Virus record (IMG/VR): IMGVR_UViG_3300021400_000130 | Span: 89,614 to 153,613 of that record | Strand: one strand, 5' to 3' | DNA from: a virus | Lineage: Duplodnaviria; Caudoviricetes | DNA length: 64,000 bases | In this document: piece after piece, positions 19,991-28,444 of the stretch | Numbering within the stretch: position 1 is the first letter of the stretch | Layout of the letters: each line of letters starts with the position of its first letter | The notes under the pieces: generated by a model | Seen by the model: only the letters and a program-made list of their open reading frames with translations | What the model was told of the DNA's origin: nothing | The model's database searches: none | Made by a program: the position numbers and the translations under genes

Positions 19991-21072
19991 GTAAAGTCAA
20001 AGCCCGAAAGAAAAATATTTTTTGTGGAGCTGACTTTTCTTAGTCTCAACAAGAGCCTCGACTCTTGTCAGCTTATTCTCAAGATGAGAGAATGATAACT
20101 GCATATAAAGAAAATAAAGATTTATATGCAACTATTGCTTCTGGTGTATATAAGAATGATTACTGGGACAATATGGAGCATCATCAAGACGGGTCTCCTA
20201 ATCCGGATGGTAAGAAAAGAAGAAGTAATTGTAAAAGTCTTCTATTAGGAATTATGTACGGAAGAGGCGCTCCCAGTATTGCGGAACAGATACACTCTTC
20301 TGTTGAGGAAGCTCAGAAGATTATAAATGATTTTTATTCTCAGTTTCCAAAAGTGAAAGCGTGGACGGATAAAACAGAGCATGATGCTAAGGTTACAGGA
20401 TATGTAGAAGACCTTTGGGGTAGAAGAAGAAGACTACCAGACATTCTTTTACCGAAGTATACAATAAAAACAAAACAAGCGTCTACAGAATTTAATCCGT
20501 TACTTTATACATTAGGAAAAGTAAATAACTCCTCACAAGATCTTGTTGAAAATTATAGGAAGAAACTTGACAAAGTAAGGTCAAGAAAAGATTATCAAAC
20601 AATACAACAGGAAGCAGAAAAGAATGGTGTTACAATTGTAGACAACGGTGCTTTTATAAGTCAGGCTGAACGACAGTGTGTAAACGCTCGTATTCAGGGC
20701 GGAGCAGCTTCGATGACAAAAGTGTGCATGAGAAAGATTTTTGATGATAAAGAATTGAATGATCTACAGGCACACTTAGTATTACAGATACATGATGAAG
20801 TAATTGTAGAGTGTCCCGAAGAAAATGCAGATAAAGTTATTGATAGGTTAACTTATGTAATGAAGAATTCCGTTACTGATAAAGTAAATGTACCTTTCAA
20901 GTGTGACGGATACAAAGTAACAAGATGGTATGAAGATGACTTTGGAGATATTTTAAGAGAAAAATATCAAGCGTTGTTAGATGAAGGAAAAACAGAATCT
21001 CAAGCGTTTGATATTATGCTTGAAGAAAATAGCGAACTGACGAAAGAAGAGCTTTCTTCTTTCTTAAGTTGA
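19987..21072 (+). CDS. polA: Family A DNA polymerase, C-terminal part (motifs A, B, C) with in-frame TAG at 20041-20043
   Basis: GAGGAGGT SD, GTG overlapping upstream stop; VSKVKARKKNIFCGADFS*SQQEPR; motif B RSNCKSLLLGIMYG; motif C QIHDEV. The ORF-track start at 20065 omits the catalytic Asp. Confidence 0.85.
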
Positions 21073-21097
21073 TTTCCTTTGTTAGATATTATATTAT
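21069..21097 (+). promoter_or_regulatory. Sigma-A-like phage promoter
   Basis: AG-TTGATT-N17-TATTAT. Confidence 0.65.
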
Positions 21098-21158
21098 ATA
21101 TTGTATATAAAGGAAGTGATTGCGTGCTGTAGCAAGTGTACACTTTAGGAGGTTATTG

Positions 21159-21410
21159 ATGATTATAGATAACATATTCATTAGAGAGGTATTTGGACTT
21201 TCAGCTTCAGTCTTTGTCCTTCTCTCTATGATGATTAAATCAAATGACCGTAAGGGTAATATTAGAATGAGATTACTGAACTTAACAGGAAGTGTCCTGA
21301 TGATAATCTACGGATTTTGGATCGGTTCTTTTAGTACAATATTTCTAAATATTATCTGTTTGGTCGCACATATTTATTATTTAATAACTTTGTTTAGAAT
21401 AAAAGACTGA
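21159..21410 (+). CDS. Small 3-TM membrane protein (YgjV/PQ-loop-like)
   Basis: AGGAGG SD; G..ASVFVLLS..MRLLNLTGSVLMIIYG..LN pattern. Confidence 0.6.
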   Translation: MIIDNIFIREVFGLSASVFVLLSMMIKSNDRKGNIRMRLLNLTGSVLMIIYGFWIGSFSTIFLNIICLVAHIYYLITLFRIKD

Positions 21411-21414
21411 TTTA

Positions 21415-21478
21415 GTGGGCCGGGTTGTTCGAAAGTCCCACCAACCCGAACCTTACAATAAAATAAAAATAATAGGAG
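21415..21478 (+). promoter_or_regulatory. Structured 5' leader of yhhQ-like gene; candidate preQ1-I-like riboswitch/pseudoknot
   Basis: CGGGTTG/CAACCCG stem, loop TTCG..CCAC, GTGGG/CCCAC crossing pair, A-rich tail to AGGAG. Confidence 0.45.
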
Positions 21479-21487
21479 TAATTTACT

Positions 21488-22252
21488 ATGATTGAAAAAT
21501 TAAAAAGAGAATGGGAAGAAACAAAAGTACTTTTTAACTGTATGCCAACAATTCCGTTTGCATTTCTTGTTTGCTCTCTGATTGCAATGAACTTTCTTGC
21601 AAATAGAGGAGGAGCTATTGGTCCTGTAGCATTTGATTGCGGTATTGTTGTTTCTTGGGTAGTGTTCCTTGCTTCTGACATGCTTGTTAAGAGGTTTGGT
21701 GCTAAAGCAGCAATTAAGATTAATATTGCAGCAATTATTCTTCAGTTAGTTTCAGTTGGTCTAATGACTCTTGGCGCAGTTATTCCTTGGGCAACTTATG
21801 GTTCTACTCCTGAAGAGTCTGCAGTATTTACTATGATTTTCAAAGCGGCTCCTTGGCCTCTGTTTGCTAGTGCAGGTGCTGCCCTGATTTCAAATGTTAT
21901 TAACTCTCTTATTTCTAAAGGCATTCTTTTGAGATTTAAAAATCGTACATCAGGTAAAGCGTATGTAACAGCCTCTTGGATTTCTACTACTGCTGGTCAG
22001 TTCTTTGACAATTTCTTGTTTGGTCTGTTTTTCAGTATCTGGCAGCCTTGGTTCCCTTGTTACGGAACATGGAAGGCTATTCCAATGCTAATTCCAATGG
22101 CCTTTGTCGGTGCACTTCTTGAACTCCTGTGTCAAGTAATCTTCACTCCGGTAGGTTTTAAGATTGCTGAGACCTGGAGAAAGAAAGGTGTAGGACAAGA
22201 ATACGTAGATATGGTAGCTGAAGCTCAAGAAGTAAATACAAATCTTGCCTAA
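21488..22252 (+). CDS. yhhQ: VUT/YhhQ-family queuosine-precursor (preQ0/preQ1) transporter
   Basis: Multi-TM; MNFLAN, G....W.VFLASDMLVKRFG, STTAGQFFDN motifs. Confidence 0.8.
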   Translation: MIEKLKREWEETKVLFNCMPTIPFAFLVCSLIAMNFLANRGGAIGPVAFDCGIVVSWVVFLASDMLVKRFGAKAAIKINIAAIILQLVSVGLMTLGAVIPWATYGSTPEESAVFTMIFKAAPWPLFASAGAALISNVINSLISKGILLRFKNRTSGKAYVTASWISTTAGQFFDNFLFGLFFSIWQPWFPCYGTWKAIPMLIPMAFVGALLELLCQVIFTPVGFKIAETWRKKGVGQEYVDMVAEAQEVNTNLA

Positions 22253-22291
22253 TCACATTAATAGAAGAAGGATCTTTTCAAAACTACGTAT

Positions 22292-22912
22292 ATGAATATT
22301 CTATGTTTTGGCGATTCTAATACTTGGGGATTTGATGCGGATAATCTGTGTCGATTCCCCAAGGAGGTCCGTTGGACCGGTAAACTATGTGAGCATCTTG
22401 GTCCGGAATATCAAGTATCTGAATTCGGAATATGTGACATGACATTTGGGACAGACGATCCTTTTTATAAATCATGTAACGGAATTCAAAATATTATTCC
22501 AGCAATAAGAGCAAACTCTCCTCTAGATTATGTTATTGTATCTCTTGGCATAAATGATTGTAAGAGATATCATTGTAATAGTGTAGAGAAGATTTTAGAT
22601 GATGCTGGAAGATTAATATATCTAATACAAGGATATTCCGACCTTAATACAGAAAGAGCACAGGTGATTGTCTGTGGTCAATGTGTTCCTACTATCGACA
22701 TTCCTCGTTGTTATCCGAGAGAATTTGATAGTGCTTCTATTTGCAAGATATATGAATTAAACAGAGAACTACGAAGATTTTGTAAGACGATTGACGTTCC
22801 TTTTATTGATCCTCCTGGAGAAATGAAATTCTGTAAAGACGGAGGGCATTACTCTAAAGAAGGTCATGAAATTTTTGCAAGAAATGTTGCACAATATATA
22901 AAATCTTTGTAA
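22292..22912 (+). CDS. SGNH/GDSL hydrolase
   Basis: FGDSNTWG, LGIND, DGGH catalytic blocks. Confidence 0.9.
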   Translation: MNILCFGDSNTWGFDADNLCRFPKEVRWTGKLCEHLGPEYQVSEFGICDMTFGTDDPFYKSCNGIQNIIPAIRANSPLDYVIVSLGINDCKRYHCNSVEKILDDAGRLIYLIQGYSDLNTERAQVIVCGQCVPTIDIPRCYPREFDSASICKIYELNRELRRFCKTIDVPFIDPPGEMKFCKDGGHYSKEGHEIFARNVAQYIKSL

Positions 22913-22946
22913 AGATTACTCATCAATAATCTCCTAAAGTGTATAG

Positions 22947-22975
22947 TTGAATTTGAATTGTTTTTATATTATACT
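22947..22975 (+). promoter_or_regulatory. Sigma-A-like phage promoter
   Basis: AG-TTGAAT-N17-TATACT. Confidence 0.7.
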
Positions 22976-23006
22976 ATAGAACAAATACGAGCAAAGGATC
23001 TTTGGA

Positions 23007-23930
23007 ATGAAAAACGAAAAAACAATCTACTATTTTTCTGGTATGTCTTACCAGGATATGAAGAGACGGTTGAATGTTGATCAGCTATTTTCTCAGTGGC
23101 ACGAGCGTAAAGGAATTGAATCTCTGATTGAGTATAAGAAGGAGCATCCAGAGCATACAGGTCGTATTATGGTGGACTCTGGATCCTTTACTGCTTATAC
23201 AAAAGGCGTCCATATTGATATTGATGACTATCTGAAGTTTATTGATAAGGTTGGAGACTATGTTACTGTGTTTGTTGCAGTTGATGATGTTCCCGACCCA
23301 ATGAACATGGATTATACAAAAGCGGAAACTACTTGGAAGAATTATCTTTATATGGTTGAAAGAATCAGACCAGAGTTACGCGATAAGCTCATTCCGGTAT
23401 TTCACTACGGCGAGGACTTCAAGTGGCTCCGTAATATGTTGGAGTATACACATCCTGACGGGTCTCATATTAAGTATATTGGACTTGCTATTTCTCTTGA
23501 AGGAACAAAAAGAGTTAGAGTTAACTGGGGTAGAGAGTGTATGCGAGTTATCGCAGAAAGTTCTAATCCGAATGTAATGACTCATGCTTTTGGTGTTGGA
23601 GTTAAATCTGTTCTTGATAATATTACAGTAACTTCTACGGATGCTACAAGCTGGGTAAAAAGAGCGGCTTACGGAATGATTAGTATTGATGACCAGTCGA
23701 TTCATGTCTCAGAAGTTATGAAAAATCGTGCAGACGACAGATATCTTGGTCAGCAAAATGTAGCACTTCAAGAAGAAGTAATGAAGCGTATTAAAGAAAA
23801 AGGATTTACTTTTGAAGAGTTAGAGCAAGATTCAGGTAAACGAGCAGAGTTTAATATTCTTGATACTCTTGACTGGGTAGCAAAACTTGAACCGCACAAC
23901 ACAACTTTTAAGAACGGATTAGGGTGGTAA
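23007..23930 (+). CDS. dpdA: tRNA-guanine transglycosylase-like protein, probable DpdA-type DNA 7-deazaguanine insertion enzyme
   Basis: MVDSGSFT, VDDVP, IPVFHYGE, YIGL, HAFG, STDATSW motifs of TGT/DpdA barrel; downstream of yhhQ. Confidence 0.7.
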   Translation: MKNEKTIYYFSGMSYQDMKRRLNVDQLFSQWHERKGIESLIEYKKEHPEHTGRIMVDSGSFTAYTKGVHIDIDDYLKFIDKVGDYVTVFVAVDDVPDPMNMDYTKAETTWKNYLYMVERIRPELRDKLIPVFHYGEDFKWLRNMLEYTHPDGSHIKYIGLAISLEGTKRVRVNWGRECMRVIAESSNPNVMTHAFGVGVKSVLDNITVTSTDATSWVKRAAYGMISIDDQSIHVSEVMKNRADDRYLGQQNVALQEEVMKRIKEKGFTFEELEQDSGKRAEFNILDTLDWVAKLEPHNTTFKNGLGW

Positions 23931-23931
23931 T

Positions 23932-24639
23932 ATGTCAGTACTTATTACAGGAACTAGTTATGGTGTAGGAAGAGCAACTGCTCTTAAGTTTATGGAAGAG
24001 GGTTATTCTGTAATCGGGCTTGATTGGAAGCCTGCTACTATTCCTCTTTCCAATAGTTATATTCATCATCAATGTGATGTAAGTGATTTCAATTCTCTTC
24101 CTGATCTGATTAACATTGAATATATTGTTAATAATGCAGGAATTGTAACCCCGAAGGCTAATGCTATTGCTGTAAACCTCATTGGCTATATGAATATTAT
24201 AAAGAAGTATAGCGGAGACCCCGCACTGAAATCAATTGTTCAGATTGGTAGTACAGCTTCTATCAAAGGTTATGACAATATGGAATATTGTTGCTCTCAG
24301 GGAGGTCGTGATGCTCTTACTAAGTGGGCCGCGAACAATCTAGGTCACGATAGTCGTCACGTATTAGTTAATTCTTTGAATATTGATGGCATTGTTCCCG
24401 CTCCTGAAGGTAGTCTTGATGGAACGGCACTAGAGCCAGAGCTCTACGCAGACCCCGAACTTATGAAGGCAATTCAAGACCTGAGTATTACAGGTCGTCT
24501 GTCTACTGTTCATGATATTGCAGAATGGATATTCTTTGTACTTACTAAGAACAGAATTATGACAGGTGAAATTATTAAAATTGACGGCGAACTTATGAAC
24601 TGTTATAAGTTTATCCCCTATCCTGGATGGGATACTTGA
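23932..24639 (+). CDS. Short-chain dehydrogenase/reductase
   Basis: LITGTSYGVG, CDVSD, VNNAG, IGSTAS, YCCSQ (YxxxK Lys replaced by Gln), TGEIIKIDG. Confidence 0.88.
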   Translation: MSVLITGTSYGVGRATALKFMEEGYSVIGLDWKPATIPLSNSYIHHQCDVSDFNSLPDLINIEYIVNNAGIVTPKANAIAVNLIGYMNIIKKYSGDPALKSIVQIGSTASIKGYDNMEYCCSQGGRDALTKWAANNLGHDSRHVLVNSLNIDGIVPAPEGSLDGTALEPELYADPELMKAIQDLSITGRLSTVHDIAEWIFFVLTKNRIMTGEIIKIDGELMNCYKFIPYPGWDT

Positions 24640-24661
24640 TTATTATTAAGAAGAGGTATAT

Positions 24662-25777
24662 TTGATGAAAATTAGGCTTGATACTATCCAGAAGCCCTGT
24701 TCGACTATTTCAAATGCAGTTGATGCAAAATCAATTTCTCAACTCACAGAGGTTCTTGAACTTGAAGTTGTAGAAAATGTTCTTCAGATTTCTGTAACTA
24801 ACAAAGAATATTTTGTTACTGTTAATGTTCCAGTAGATGATCCTGAAGAGTTTCATGCTACTGTTGATGCTGAGCTGTTTACTAAACTTATCTCAAGGAT
24901 TACTACAGAATATGTAGAGCTTTCTGTTACAGATAAGTTCCTTGTTGTTCAAGGAAATGGTACTTACAAACTTCCGTTGATCTTTGAAGATTCTGTTATG
25001 ATGGTACTTCCAAAGATTGAAGTTAATAATGTCACCTCCGAATTTGATGTTTCTTCTGACCTGTTGAATAGTATTATGAGTTCAAATAGCAGACAGCTTG
25101 AAGTTGGTGTTATCTCTAATGCTGTACAGAAATATTTCTATATTGATAAGAACGGAGCAATCACTTTCACCTCAGGTGCAACTGTTAATTCTTTTGAACT
25201 TGGTGATGATGTAAAGCTACTTCTTAGCGCTCGTATTGTTAAGTTATTCAAACTATTTGAAAATGAACAGGTACATTTTAGATATGGTTCAGAGAAGCTA
25301 AGCGACGAAATTATTCAGACTAGAATGTCTCTAACTACTCCTACGGTTTCTCTTTCTGCTATACTTTCTTGCGACGATACGATGTTAAAGAGTGTTCCTG
25401 TTGATAGAATTAGAGGTCTTGCTTCAGGCGAGCTTCCGTATACTGTTTCTATTCAGAGGGCAAATCTTCTTGAGACTCTGGAACGTTTTTCGTTATTCTC
25501 ACAGGATGCTATGCTTTCGTCTGCTTGTCTTGATTTCCATAGAGAGTATCTTGCAGTTAGTGATAGTAAGAAAAATAGCATCGAAAAGGTTCAGTATGAA
25601 AATCCGAATAATGAGATTTCCGAACCTTATTCTACAATGATTGATATCATTGAATTGACAAAGATGTTAGACAGTAATAGAACAAAGAATGTGCGTATTT
25701 CTTTCGGAAATAACTCAGCTATTCTTCTTGTGTCCAACAATGTTACTAATGTAATTCCGGAGATCCGAATTCAGTAA
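24662..25777 (+). CDS. dnaN: DNA polymerase III beta sliding clamp-like protein
   Basis: 371 aa three-domain beta pattern (LQISVTNKE, ATVDAELFTKLI, LLETLER); near clamp loader genes. Confidence 0.75.
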   Translation: MMKIRLDTIQKPCSTISNAVDAKSISQLTEVLELEVVENVLQISVTNKEYFVTVNVPVDDPEEFHATVDAELFTKLISRITTEYVELSVTDKFLVVQGNGTYKLPLIFEDSVMMVLPKIEVNNVTSEFDVSSDLLNSIMSSNSRQLEVGVISNAVQKYFYIDKNGAITFTSGATVNSFELGDDVKLLLSARIVKLFKLFENEQVHFRYGSEKLSDEIIQTRMSLTTPTVSLSAILSCDDTMLKSVPVDRIRGLASGELPYTVSIQRANLLETLERFSLFSQDAMLSSACLDFHREYLAVSDSKKNSIEKVQYENPNNEISEPYSTMIDIIELTKMLDSNRTKNVRISFGNNSAILLVSNNVTNVIPEIRIQ

Positions 25778-26245
25778 ATGCCAAATTATGGCAAACAGTT
25801 TGAAGTAAAATTCAAACAAGATTGGCTCAAGTCATTTCCCGAATCATTTTTACTTAGGTTGAACGACCAAGTATCTGGTTACAAATATACTTCCTCTAAC
25901 ATATGCGACTTTATTGGGTACACAGACGGGAAGTTGTATCTACTTGAGTGTAAGAGTCATGCTGGGGCTTCGCTTCCGTTTAGCGATGTCCCTCAGTATG
26001 ATAGATTGAAAAGATATGTTGGACTTACAGGAATTCGTGCGGGCGTTATTGTATGGCTATACGATAAAGATAAGTGTTTCTATGTTCCTGTTAAGACTAT
26101 AATGGAATTAATAAAAGACGGGCAGAAATCCGTAGGAATTAGAAATTTAGATAGTGATAAAATAAAAGAAATACCCTCTGTTAAAAAGAGAGTGTTTATG
26201 GATTCTGATTATTCAGTATTAAGAGACTTACCCGAAGGTTGGTAA
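25778..26245 (+). CDS. recU: RecU-like Holliday junction resolvase
   Basis: NYGKQFE, CDFI, LLECKS, Q motif. Confidence 0.75.
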   Translation: MPNYGKQFEVKFKQDWLKSFPESFLLRLNDQVSGYKYTSSNICDFIGYTDGKLYLLECKSHAGASLPFSDVPQYDRLKRYVGLTGIRAGVIVWLYDKDKCFYVPVKTIMELIKDGQKSVGIRNLDSDKIKEIPSVKKRVFMDSDYSVLRDLPEGW

Positions 26246-26256
26246 AGGAGATAACA

Positions 26257-26823
26257 ATGCAGATTACTTTAGAAGATATCCAAAGTGTTGTTAAAGAAAC
26301 AGAAGAAAATTATGATGTGTATTCAAGTGTTGCTGACGAAGTAGTAAACAGATATACAAAAAGTCTAGATGATATAATGCAGAAAATTCATGATGAAATT
26401 ATTGAAGTAGCTGATCCTTCTATTTCTACATTTGAAAAATATCATCTTGAACTATCTAACTGTTTGTATTTCATGCAAGAAAGATTAGAGAAACTTGGCT
26501 CTCTTGATTATCTAAGCAAGACAAAATATAAGGAAGTTTACAATCAAGCATATCTTGATAGCCAGTTGCCTGATGCAACAAGCAACAAGAAAAAGACTGT
26601 TAATGAGTTGATAGCTATTAGCGAGGAAGCTTCAAAAGCAGAAGCTGTTACAAATGACATCTATGCAAGGGCTTATAAGATCTTGAAGAATAAGATCGAT
26701 GCAGCTAATACGATGATTTCTACGCTTTCAAAGTCTATTAGTAGACGAATGAGCGAGGAGTATCTACCCTCAACTCCTGTAACAGGAACAAGGCAGATTC
26801 TTAATGAAGAAATAACTCTTTAA
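26257..26823 (+). CDS. Helical protein, possible UvsY-like recombination mediator
   Basis: Coiled-coil, KKKTV.E; directly upstream of recA. Confidence 0.4.
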   Translation: MQITLEDIQSVVKETEENYDVYSSVADEVVNRYTKSLDDIMQKIHDEIIEVADPSISTFEKYHLELSNCLYFMQERLEKLGSLDYLSKTKYKEVYNQAYLDSQLPDATSNKKKTVNELIAISEEASKAEAVTNDIYARAYKILKNKIDAANTMISTLSKSISRRMSEEYLPSTPVTGTRQILNEEITL

Positions 26824-26846
26824 GCAGATAGAGAAAGGTATAGTTT

Positions 26847-28031
26847 ATGGCAGATAGTAAAAGTCTGAATGAAGTTCTAAAATCAATTTCAAAGAAGTAC
26901 GGAGATTCTGTTGTTAAGTTTGGTGTAGATGACCTGTGTGTTGACGGCGTGCTTTCGCTTGGTAGCCCGGGTCTTGATTTTGCAATCTACGGAGGAATTC
27001 CTGAAGGAAGAGTAGTAGAGTTTTCTGGTCAAGAAGGAAGTGGCAAGACCACCAATGCGTTTCTTGCAGCTGCATCCTATCAGAAGATTGAGCTACAGCG
27101 TAATCCTGATAACCCGAGAGCTATTGTATTCCTTGATAATGAAGGAACTGCTGACCCTGTTTGGGCTGCAAAACTTGGCTACGACATGAGTGAGGATGCT
27201 CCTGTTAAGACTGTCTGTATTCGTCCTGAAGCACAGTCTGCTGAAGAGATTTTTGATATGGCACTTGATATGTTAAAGACAGGCGAAGTAGGCCTGCTTA
27301 TCTTTGACAGTATTGCTACTCTTGTTCCAGCTCAGATTGCTGACGAGTCTATGGAAAAGCAGCAGATGGGCGGAATTGCAAAAGCTCTTACTAGATTTGC
27401 TAATACAGCTATTGGTCTTCTGAGGAAGTATAAAGCTACACTGATTGCAATCAATCAAGTTAGAGAGAACATGACTGGATATGGTGACCCTCTGACTACT
27501 CCTGGTGGTCGGGCATGGAAACATGCTTGTTCTATGAGACTTATGTTTAAGAGAGGAGACTTCTTTGACGAGGACGGAAATGTTTTAACTAAGAAAGCAG
27601 AGTCTCCTGCAGGTCATATTATTGAGTGTTACGTTCTTAAGACGAAGGTCTGCAAGTGGGACCGTAAACTTGGGATGGCTCATCTAAACTATACAAAGGG
27701 TATTGACTGGTTACAGGATACGATTGATATTGCTACGCATCTAGGACTAATTGATAATTCTGTTCAAGGATCTTTTAAGATTATTGATCCTGATACTGGA
27801 GAGCTTGCTCACGATGAGGAAGGTAACGAGATTAAGATCCGAGGGAAAAAGAATGTGTATACATACTTCCAGACCCACCCAGTAGAAGCTCGTAAACTCT
27901 ACGACAGATGTTATGACAGACTTCGTCAGAAAGAAGATCCATTCATTAAGAGCTTCGAGTCGCTACTTTCCATTGACCTTAGCGAGAAGCTGGGAGTTGA
28001 TATTGCAAATACAAACCTTGAGGAACTGTAA
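26847..28031 (+). CDS. recA: RecA recombinase
   Basis: GGIPEGRVVEFSGQEGSGKTT, IFDSIA, INQVRE, TPGGRAWKH. Confidence 0.95.
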   Translation: MADSKSLNEVLKSISKKYGDSVVKFGVDDLCVDGVLSLGSPGLDFAIYGGIPEGRVVEFSGQEGSGKTTNAFLAAASYQKIELQRNPDNPRAIVFLDNEGTADPVWAAKLGYDMSEDAPVKTVCIRPEAQSAEEIFDMALDMLKTGEVGLLIFDSIATLVPAQIADESMEKQQMGGIAKALTRFANTAIGLLRKYKATLIAINQVRENMTGYGDPLTTPGGRAWKHACSMRLMFKRGDFFDEDGNVLTKKAESPAGHIIECYVLKTKVCKWDRKLGMAHLNYTKGIDWLQDTIDIATHLGLIDNSVQGSFKIIDPDTGELAHDEEGNEIKIRGKKNVYTYFQTHPVEARKLYDRCYDRLRQKEDPFIKSFESLLSIDLSEKLGVDIANTNLEEL

Positions 28032-28384
28032 TGACAAGTAACAAAGAAGCGACGAGATATTATAGCGACTTGCATGAGAAGTCTGTTTGTAGAGCTCTTG
28101 ATGCTACACAGACTCCAAATAGCGGAGCAACGAAATGGAGAAAAGGAGACGTTGTACAAAAACAAGCGTCTCTTTTGATTGAATGTAAAACAGTTATGAC
28201 AGAAAAGCAATCCGTTTCTATTAAAAAAGAATGGATTGATAAAAATAGAGAAGAGGCTTTCTCTAATCGTCTTGATAATAGTTGTCTTTGTATTAATTTT
28301 GGACCCAACACTGACAACTACTATGTCATTAGTGAAAAGTTAATGAAATTTCTTGTTGAAAAACTTCAAGACGAGAATAGTTGA
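28031..28384 (+). CDS. PD-(D/E)XK nuclease, Hjc-like resolvase
   Basis: HE, PNSGA, KGDV, IECKT. Confidence 0.7.
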   Translation: MTSNKEATRYYSDLHEKSVCRALDATQTPNSGATKWRKGDVVQKQASLLIECKTVMTEKQSVSIKKEWIDKNREEAFSNRLDNSCLCINFGPNTDNYYVISEKLMKFLVEKLQDENS

Positions 28385-28409
28385 AATTTAGTCAATTATA
28401 CTATATAAT
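28381..28409 (+). promoter_or_regulatory. Sigma-A-like phage promoter
   Basis: AG-TTGAAA-N17-TATAAT. Confidence 0.75.
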
Positions 28410-28444
28410 ATAAGTGTAAATAAAAATTGACGGAGGTCTTAGTT

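Noticed and set aside
20065-21072. ORF-track start of the polymerase C-part at TTG 20065
   Set aside because: No SD, and it would omit motif A; the SD-backed GTG at 19987 is in frame.
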